This document shows, in pieces, positions 57,337 to 64,000 of a stretch of 64,000 nucleotides of DNA. The translations under genes and the position numbers were made by a program. Numbering within the stretch: the first letter of the stretch is position 1; every line of letters starts with the position of its first letter. Source of the stretch: Acidobacteriota bacterium (GTDB taxonomy: Bacteria; Acidobacteriota; UBA6911; RPQK01; JAJDTT01); contig OZ242374.1 of the NCBI GenBank assembly GCA_965209055.1, forward strand, positions 4,800,001 to 4,864,000, written 5' to 3'. The notes below the pieces were generated by a model. It ran no database searches, was not told where the DNA came from, and saw nothing but the letters and a program-made list of their open reading frames with translations.

Positions 57337-57738
57337 TCAGTGGAGATATACGACCGGCTTCAATCCCAGAAATTTGACCATGGGCAGGAAGTCACGGTCG
57401 GAGAACAGCAACGGGAAGCCTTCGTCGATACAGAAAGAGGCGATGACAACATCGACGGTATTGCGGATCGTGATCCCCGTCCTGCGCAACTCCCGGTAGC
57501 GCATGGCAGCCCGTTGTGTCCGCTCGCGGCCGAGCAGGTCGAAGGACGGAAGCTTCGCCAGTGCTCTCTCTGCTGCTCTGAAATCCGAGTCGTTTCGGAA
57601 TCCCTGGAGAACTTCCACCAGAATCAGGTCGCCGGTTGCCGCCACGTCCTGTCCCAAAAGATCATTGAGACGATGGGTCTCCTGTGTTGGGATGCCGTTG
57701 AAATAGTCGATCCAAACACTGGAATCGACCAGAATCAT
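57337..57738 (-). CDS. vapC: VapC toxin
   Basis: MILVDSSVWIDYF, EVLQG, TVDVVIA, SDRDF. Confidence 0.92.
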   Translation of the reverse strand: MILVDSSVWIDYFNGIPTQETHRLNDLLGQDVAATGDLILVEVLQGFRNDSDFRAAERALAKLPSFDLLGRERTQRAAMRYRELRRTGITIRNTVDVVIASFCIDEGFPLLFSDRDFLPMVKFLGLKPVVYLH

Positions 57739-57929
57739 CGGTCTCGCCTCATCTTTTCCAAATCACCCGTCCAACGAAGTTTGCCGCGCAATCCTCGGAT
57801 TTCTTCCTGTTCCTTCAAACGAATCAACGAGGCCAGACCCAATTCCACGACCTCACGTTTGGTCTTGGCCCCGGTGGCGCGCATGGCTCGTTGCAGGAGG
57901 TCGTCGTCAATGACAATATTCGTTCGCAT
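57735..57929 (-). CDS. vapB: VapB antitoxin (DUF2191-like)
   Basis: MRTNIVIDDDLLQRAMRATGAKTKREVVELGL...LRGKLRWTGDLEKMR. Confidence 0.92.
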   Translation of the reverse strand: MRTNIVIDDDLLQRAMRATGAKTKREVVELGLASLIRLKEQEEIRGLRGKLRWTGDLEKMRRDR

Positions 57930-57947
57930 TTGGAGGCCCTCCGGACT

Positions 57948-57977
57948 ATGTGTATAAATCAAGTGGATTATACACAT
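57948..57977. promoter_or_regulatory. Operator of vapBC
   Basis: ATGTGTATAA-N10-TTATACACAT perfect inverted repeat, 18 bp upstream of the ATG. Confidence 0.75.
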
Positions 57978-57991
57978 TTTTTGCGCGGGAA

Positions 57992-59362
57992 TCAAGTCTT
58001 GCGAGTCACTGCGACCTGGACGAAGCCGATCCGGAGGATCGGAACTTCCCTGACCAGGACAGGCCCGGTGGTGGATGAAGGAACGTCTCGGCGTTCCGCC
58101 GGCTGGACCGGCGATCCTTCTTCAGATCCCGTCGGCGAAAATTCCCGCCTCTGCACCGCATAAGGGGCCGTCAGGAAGAACAGCAGCAGGATCAGCACCT
58201 CCGAGTCGCCGAAGTTGTACTCCAGGCAGCCCGCCACGTGAAACGCCGCCGAGATGCAGAGGCCGTTCAGGCTCAGGAATCGGACCCATTCCGATTCGGA
58301 CCGGAGCCACATCCGGATCAGGTCCCGGATCAGGACGATCCAGAGCGCCAACCAGAACGCCAGTCCCACGAGGCCGGTTTCCGCGGCGACCTGGAGAAAA
58401 TTGTTGTGGAGGTGTTGATAAGCCCAATCGGGGTATTCCCGGTGTGACCGATACTTGAGAACCTCACTGTAGACCATGCCGGGCCCGACTCCCGTCCAGG
58501 GATGATCGGCAATAAGGCGGGATCCGGACCGGACCATCTCCAGACGGACCTGGGTCGTGGTGTCGCTCAAGTCCACACCTGACAGGAGACGGTCCCGAAA
58601 CGGTGTCGGCACCACGATCAACAGAGCCATCAGCGCCAGCAGCAACAGCAGCACCCGGGTCCTCTTCGTCAAGACCACCAACAGAAGACCGCCCGCGGCC
58701 GCTCCCAGCCAGGCGTTCCGGGTGAAGGTCACCAGCAGGCACCAGCTCAGGAGGATCAAAAGGAGCAACCCGAGGACTGGCAGGCGCCGGCGTCCCGTCT
58801 CCCCCCGTTTCGCCGCCGGGGAGCCGGCCGCCGTGAACCGCTCCCGGCAGAGAAAGACCCCCAGCGAGACGGCCCCCATCATGAGTTGGCCGGAAAAGGT
58901 CATCCAATGGCCCATGAAACCGGTGATCCGATGCTGCAGATCCGGCTCCATCAGCCAGTAGTACTGCGCCAAGGCGTAAACGGCGCTGGCGCCGACAACC
59001 CAATAGATGCGCCTCACGGTCCACTTCACGTGAACTGTCCCGAACCAGGTGAACATCAGGGGGACGAAGAGGAAGCGCACCAGTTTCTTGAGCGAGCCGG
59101 AACTGGTCCCGGGGTCTGCCGAGAAGAGCACGGCGATCCCGATGGAAATGACAAAGAGGAGGAGCGGCAGCGTGAAAGGAGGCCAACGGAGGTGAAGGCG
59201 CCGCCGCCGCAGCGTATCGACGATCCAGAGGAGCAGGGCAACCCCGGCGAAAATGTATGCCGCCGCGATGGAGATGAGAGACGCTACGATGGACGCGGCG
59301 GCGCACCAGGGAATCCAACGTGCCTGAATCTGACTGGAAATGTGCTGCTTTACCGATGCCAT
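57992..59362 (-). CDS. O-antigen ligase (WaaL/Wzy_C) family membrane protein
   Basis: Polytopic; RITGFMGHWMTFSG, TFTRNAWLG, HPWTGVGPG, HLHNNFLQVAAETGLVG. Start uncertain (59362 or 59446). Confidence 0.88.
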   Translation of the reverse strand: MASVKQHISSQIQARWIPWCAAASIVASLISIAAAYIFAGVALLLWIVDTLRRRRLHLRWPPFTLPLLLFVISIGIAVLFSADPGTSSGSLKKLVRFLFVPLMFTWFGTVHVKWTVRRIYWVVGASAVYALAQYYWLMEPDLQHRITGFMGHWMTFSGQLMMGAVSLGVFLCRERFTAAGSPAAKRGETGRRRLPVLGLLLLILLSWCLLVTFTRNAWLGAAAGGLLLVVLTKRTRVLLLLLALMALLIVVPTPFRDRLLSGVDLSDTTTQVRLEMVRSGSRLIADHPWTGVGPGMVYSEVLKYRSHREYPDWAYQHLHNNFLQVAAETGLVGLAFWLALWIVLIRDLIRMWLRSESEWVRFLSLNGLCISAAFHVAGCLEYNFGDSEVLILLLFFLTAPYAVQRREFSPTGSEEGSPVQPAERRDVPSSTTGPVLVREVPILRIGFVQVAVTRKT

Positions 59363-59452
59363 TACACCGTTCGCCGAAGTGTTTCCCGAAGCCGGCTTCC
59401 GCTGTCTGCGGGAGAGATTACGACTCCGGCTTCCCGTCCGCAACATCCGCCA

Positions 59453-62233
59453 CTACCGGAACCTGACCTCGACCCGGGTCAGAACGGGGCTGGCTCCGCC
59501 GTTGGGAGTCGCGAGCCGGGCGCGGTACTGAAGCCAGGAATCGGACGGCTCGCCGCCGGAAACGGGACCCGGCTGCAGGATCCAGCTTCCGGACCCCGGG
59601 GAGCCTCTCCAGGCCGCCTGCCGCAGGGACTCCTCGCTCCCGGCGGTTCGAATCTGGAACGCGATCGTAGTTCCCAAGGGGGTCTCCGCCTCCCACCCGA
59701 TGGAGACGGGCCGGACGCCGGGTTCGAACCGGTGCGGCGGTGAGACATAGGTCTCGGCCAACTTCCGTGTGTAGATGTTCCCCGGGTCGCGGAGCATCTG
59801 GCCGTGCGGGCCCACGGTGGGAAGCCAGGTCCTGTCCCCAAGGGAAAAGCCTTCGGGTCCGTTCCAATAGAGGACCGACGGAGTCGTGTGCCGGATGGGT
59901 TCTCCCGGGCGATCGACGCTTCCGTCCCGCTTGTGGTTGAGCAGAAAGATGTCGGTCCAGCCGTCGCCGTCGAAATCGGCGGCCAGGGAGGCGGTCCCCG
60001 AGTCCCCCGGCAGGTTCAGGCGGCGGTCCGGATCGAATCCGGAGGCGCTTCCCCAATAGAGAAAGCAGGGGATGCTCCGGGCGGTGTTGCTGGAGTAGTT
60101 GGGCACGAACAGGTCCAGGAATCCGTCCCGGTCGAAGTCGGCCACACTGGGGTCCAGGGCCGACATGTGCGGCAGCGGCCGGCCCTCTCTCAAACGGAAA
60201 CCGTCCGCGGAACCGTAGTAGATCCGGACCTCCCCTTCTTTGTTCCGGGGATAGTCGTTGACCGGCGCCACCAGATCCAGCCAACCGTCCGAGTCGAAGT
60301 CCGCGGCCTCCAGGTAGGGGACCCGTCCCTTTTCGATCAACCGGTGGTGTTTCCCTCCAAATCCTTCCTCCGAACCATAGACCAGGTGCAGTCCGTCCTT
60401 GGCGGAGCCTCCCGCCAGGTCCAGATACCCGTCGCGGTTCCAATCGGCCACCACCGGGGGAAACCCCAATCCGCCGACGGGAATCACCTCGCGCCGCAGA
60501 GGGGCGAAACCGGATTCCCCACCGTAGAGGATGACGTAACCGCGGCGGCCGTGGGCGTCGCCCTCGGCGGCGCCGATCACCAGGTCCAGGTAACCGTCCC
60601 GGTTCAGGTCGGCGGTGACGGCCCCCATTTCCGGGTCCTCCGTCGAGAGGACGGCGCGGCGGCGGGGCTCGTAGCCGCCGGCTCCTCCGTACCAGACATA
60701 GACCCCGTTGAGGGTCACCGGACGCTCCAGTGCGTAGCGGGCCTCGGCCGACACCAGATCCACCCAGCCGTCGTCGTCCAGATCGGCCTGGGCGGTGCCC
60801 ACCGTATAGCCGGCCCAGAGTTGGCTGCGGCGCCGGGTCGAGTAGTTTCGGGTCCCGTCGCCCCAGTAGATGAAGTTGGGGTTGTAGCCGGTCCGGAGTC
60901 CCCCTTCCAGGTTGAAGAAGATCACGTCCGGGCGCCCGTCGTTGTTCACGTCGCCGATGCCGTTGCCATGGGCGCTCCGCGTGTCCAGCATGGACTTGTG
61001 ACCGGGGAAGAACTTCCCTTCCCGGTTCCAAAAGACGAAGGACTGGACGTTCAGGTCGTTGAAGGAGTGGTGGTTGCTCACCACCAGCTCGGGCCAGCCG
61101 TCCCCGTCCAGGTCCCCTGCGCTGATTCCCCGGGCGTGGACCGTGGCCAGGGGAGTTGGATCGGTCCCGGACAACCGTCCGCCGCGGTTCCAGAAGATCA
61201 GGGAGTCGGTGTAACCGTTCCCGGCGCGGTCGGAAGAGGTCACGGCCAGATCCGGCAGCCCGTCCCGATCGAGGTCCCGGACCGCCAACTGCCAGGGGTT
61301 CTCCACCTGAAGCCGCTGCCGGACCTGAAACCGGCCCGAAGCCGCCGCCAGAACCTGGACCCCCGATTCGACGGCAACGACCAGCTCGATCCGTCCGTCC
61401 CGGTCCAGGTCCCCGGCGCCCAGATGCCGTGCCTCCAGATCCAGGACGAGGGGCTTCTCCAGGTCCAACCCCTCCTCCCCGGCGGCATAGACGAAGACAC
61501 GGGACCCGGCGGCCAGCACCAGATCGAGCGCGTTGTCTCCGGCCAGATCGGCAGCCAGGACCGCAGTTCCCGGACCGGCCAGCGGGGTCCGGCGATGGGG
61601 ATCGAAGCCATGGGCCGAGTTCCAGTAGACGGCCGAGTGGACCGATTGCCCGCCTCTCCCCGGATTGGCGCAGGCAATGGCCAGATCCGGCCATCCATCC
61701 CGGTTCCAGTCCCCGACGGCGGCTTCCCTTCCGGACCAGGACGTCAGTCGCCGGCGCTCGGACACGGGGAACCGTCCCTCGGACCCGTAGTAGATGAAGC
61801 TGTCGGATTTGTTGGTCGTTCCGCCCGTTCCGTTGACCACCACCACGTCGCTGATGCCGTCCCGGTTCAGGTCCGCCACCAGCCCCTCGACGGCCCCATC
61901 CGTAGGCAAAGCGATCCTCCGGAGAGGATCGATGGTCTCGCCGTTGTTCAGATAGACGAAAGCGTCTTCGTCTTCACTGTGTCCGTGTCCGTTGGCCACG
62001 AACAGATCGATATGACCGTCCCGGTTCAGATCCAAACGGTTGATCAGTTGGATCCTGCCGCGCCGGGAAACGTAGATGTTGGAGCCGGAGTCCTCGAACT
62101 TCCCTCGGGAAAAGGCTTGAAATCCCTCGTGGCGCCACACTTGGGCCCAAAGCCCGGCGCCGGTGTCCTCCCCGGCGAGAAGCACCGTTGCCACCATTGC
62201 CGCCCAGAGCCGCCAACCAAGCTTCAGCTTCAT
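59453..62233 (-). CDS. Secreted FG-GAP/VCBS repeat protein (14 DxDxDG-type repeats)
   Basis: Signal peptide; repeats DLNRDGHIDL, DWNRDGWPDL, DLDGDGWPEL, DFDGDGWTDI and others; C-terminal beta-rich domain. Confidence 0.88.
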   Translation of the reverse strand: MKLKLGWRLWAAMVATVLLAGEDTGAGLWAQVWRHEGFQAFSRGKFEDSGSNIYVSRRGRIQLINRLDLNRDGHIDLFVANGHGHSEDEDAFVYLNNGETIDPLRRIALPTDGAVEGLVADLNRDGISDVVVVNGTGGTTNKSDSFIYYGSEGRFPVSERRRLTSWSGREAAVGDWNRDGWPDLAIACANPGRGGQSVHSAVYWNSAHGFDPHRRTPLAGPGTAVLAADLAGDNALDLVLAAGSRVFVYAAGEEGLDLEKPLVLDLEARHLGAGDLDRDGRIELVVAVESGVQVLAAASGRFQVRQRLQVENPWQLAVRDLDRDGLPDLAVTSSDRAGNGYTDSLIFWNRGGRLSGTDPTPLATVHARGISAGDLDGDGWPELVVSNHHSFNDLNVQSFVFWNREGKFFPGHKSMLDTRSAHGNGIGDVNNDGRPDVIFFNLEGGLRTGYNPNFIYWGDGTRNYSTRRRSQLWAGYTVGTAQADLDDDGWVDLVSAEARYALERPVTLNGVYVWYGGAGGYEPRRRAVLSTEDPEMGAVTADLNRDGYLDLVIGAAEGDAHGRRGYVILYGGESGFAPLRREVIPVGGLGFPPVVADWNRDGYLDLAGGSAKDGLHLVYGSEEGFGGKHHRLIEKGRVPYLEAADFDSDGWLDLVAPVNDYPRNKEGEVRIYYGSADGFRLREGRPLPHMSALDPSVADFDRDGFLDLFVPNYSSNTARSIPCFLYWGSASGFDPDRRLNLPGDSGTASLAADFDGDGWTDIFLLNHKRDGSVDRPGEPIRHTTPSVLYWNGPEGFSLGDRTWLPTVGPHGQMLRDPGNIYTRKLAETYVSPPHRFEPGVRPVSIGWEAETPLGTTIAFQIRTAGSEESLRQAAWRGSPGSGSWILQPGPVSGGEPSDSWLQYRARLATPNGGASPVLTRVEVRFR

Positions 62234-62322
62234 TCTTCCTTTCCCTCCTGCCTCCTATCATCCCCCATTTTCACTTTTCTATTCGCTCATTTCCTCTTCC
62301 GCCTTTCTGCTACTATCCCGGC

Positions 62323-63567
62323 GTGACCGGATTCGACGCCTTTCCCTACGACAACGGGGAGCTCAATTGCGAAGGGACTCCCCTGTCCCGAATCGCCCGG
62401 CGGGCGGGGACGCCGTGCTACGTCTACAGCCGGCGCGCCATGCGCGACCGCTACCACCGGCTGGAAAGCGCTTTCGCCGAGGTGGACCCCCTGATCTGCT
62501 ACTCCCTGAAGGCCAACGACAACCTCTCGCTGCTGCGGGTCCTGCAGGAGGAGGGCAGCGGTTTCGACGTGGTTTCGGGAGGAGAGCTCTTCCGGTTGAG
62601 GCAGATCGGCGCCGATCCCGCGCGCATCGTCTTCAGCGGCGTCGGTAAAACGGTCCAGGAGATGGAGATGGCCCTGGAATGGGGGCTCTTCAGCATCAAC
62701 GTCGAGTCCCGCCAGGAACTGGAGACCCTGGCCCGGGTCAGCCGGAGGATGGGCCGCGAAGCCCGGGTGGCCATCAGAATCAATCCGGACGTGGATGCCC
62801 GGACCCACCCCTACATCGCCACCGGTCTGCATCGCCATAAGTTCGGGGTCGAGACCGGTCAGATCGACGACCTGTTGAAGATCGCCGAGGATACCGCCGA
62901 AATCCGGCTTGTGGGGCTCGGTTACCACATCGGCTCCCAAATCCTGGACGTCCAGCCGTTTCTGGACGCGTTCGGCAAGCTCAGGGAATGGGCGGACCGG
63001 GTCCGGGACCGGGGGTTTCCACTGGAACATCTGGATCTGGGCGGCGGCCTGGGAATCTCCTACCAGGGAGAAACGGGCCCTGATCTCCAACGGTACGCCG
63101 AGGCGTTGGCTCAACCTGGGGACGGCTACCGCATCGTCATGGAGCCGGGACGTTATCTGGTGGGAAACGCCGGCGTCCTGCTGACTCGCGTCCTCTATCG
63201 GAAGACCAATCGCGGCAAGGTCTTCCTGGTGGTGGATGCCGCCATGAACGACCTGCTGCGCCCCAGTCTCTACGGCGCCCGCCACCAGATTCTTCCGGTG
63301 CGGTCCGGTCGACCCCGAATCAATGCCGACGTGGTCGGGCCGGTTTGCGAGAGCGGCGATTTCCTGGCCCGCGGCCAGCAGGTTCCCGACGCACGCCCGG
63401 GAGACCTCTTGGCCGTCATGAGCGCAGGCGCCTACGGTTTTGTCCTATCCTCCAACTATAATTCCAGGAGGCGGGCGGCCGAGATACTCGTGGACGGAGA
63501 AGGCTGGAGGACAATCCGGGTCAGGGAATCATACGACGACCTGATACGGCGTGAATCCGTTCCCTGA
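62323..63567 (+). CDS. lysA: Diaminopimelate decarboxylase
   Basis: GTPCYVYS, YSLKAN (PLP Lys), FDVVSGGE, HIGSQ, DLGGGLG, EPGR, VGPVCESGD, SNYNSR. Confidence 0.97.
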   Translation: MTGFDAFPYDNGELNCEGTPLSRIARRAGTPCYVYSRRAMRDRYHRLESAFAEVDPLICYSLKANDNLSLLRVLQEEGSGFDVVSGGELFRLRQIGADPARIVFSGVGKTVQEMEMALEWGLFSINVESRQELETLARVSRRMGREARVAIRINPDVDARTHPYIATGLHRHKFGVETGQIDDLLKIAEDTAEIRLVGLGYHIGSQILDVQPFLDAFGKLREWADRVRDRGFPLEHLDLGGGLGISYQGETGPDLQRYAEALAQPGDGYRIVMEPGRYLVGNAGVLLTRVLYRKTNRGKVFLVVDAAMNDLLRPSLYGARHQILPVRSGRPRINADVVGPVCESGDFLARGQQVPDARPGDLLAVMSAGAYGFVLSSNYNSRRRAAEILVDGEGWRTIRVRESYDDLIRRESVP

Positions 63568-63778
63568 CGGGCTTCGCCGAACGTCGGCGCGGCGCTTGTC
63601 CTGAAGTCGTTTCCAATTGACGCCGAAGAGCAGGCGAGGTCCGGTCCCGCCTCCGGATCGGGCACCGGGATGTTTCGGTCAGGCGGGGTTGGATTGACTG
63701 GAACGCGGGCGGTTGAATAACATCCTGGGTCAGATGGCGTTTCCGCCAGGATAACTGCAGTTCGCAAGGAGCCAAGCC

Positions 63779-64000
63779 TTGTCCCTGGAGACTGACGTTA
63801 CGCTGGAAATCCAGCCCGAATCCCGGGTGGACGTGATCAACGTCCGCGAGCGGATTCCCGATCGGATCCGCTCCCGGTTGTCCCGGTATTCCAAGTCGGT
63901 CTACTACTCCTACCACACCACGGCCGGCTACTTCGGCGAGAAGCTCTCGGCCCAGCTCAACCACAGCGGCGAGGCCCTGCGCAACTTCGTGCAGATGTTC
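63779..64000 (+). CDS. YjbQ/UPF0047-like protein, N-terminal part (runs off the window)
   Basis: SD AAGGAG plus TTG; MSLETDVTLEIQPESRVDVINVRERI...YSYHTTAGY (HTTA motif). Confidence 0.5.
   Translation, partial: MSLETDVTLEIQPESRVDVINVRERIPDRIRSRLSRYSKSVYYSYHTTAGYFGEKLSAQLNHSGEALRNFVQMF

Overview
High-GC bacterial window, most likely from an Acidobacteriota-like organism (Oar-type TonB receptor, many planctomycete-type DUF1501/DUF1549-1553/DUF1552-1592 genes). It is probably a sponge symbiont, because it carries a swf-type mono-modular PKS (KS-AT-DH-pseudoMT-ER-KR-ACP) with a reductase-sulfotransferase partner; both taxonomy and habitat are inferences. The window also holds six type II toxin-antitoxin modules, five with a clear palindromic operator, and two transposase-less MITEs: an IS1595-like element with an 8-bp TSD and a TTAA-flanked element. 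Other content includes a REP/REPIN family, a probable ZorA-like fragment, a Rieske plus fused cytochrome b6-IV-diheme c complex, and carbohydrate-active and housekeeping genes (msrA, arfB, lysA). The best candidate for an undescribed system is a tight three-gene operon: periplasmic binding protein, membrane sensor ending at its HAMP domain with no output domain, and OFA-type MFS transporter. No tRNA, rRNA or CRISPR array was seen. All calls come from motif reading only; no database searches were run.
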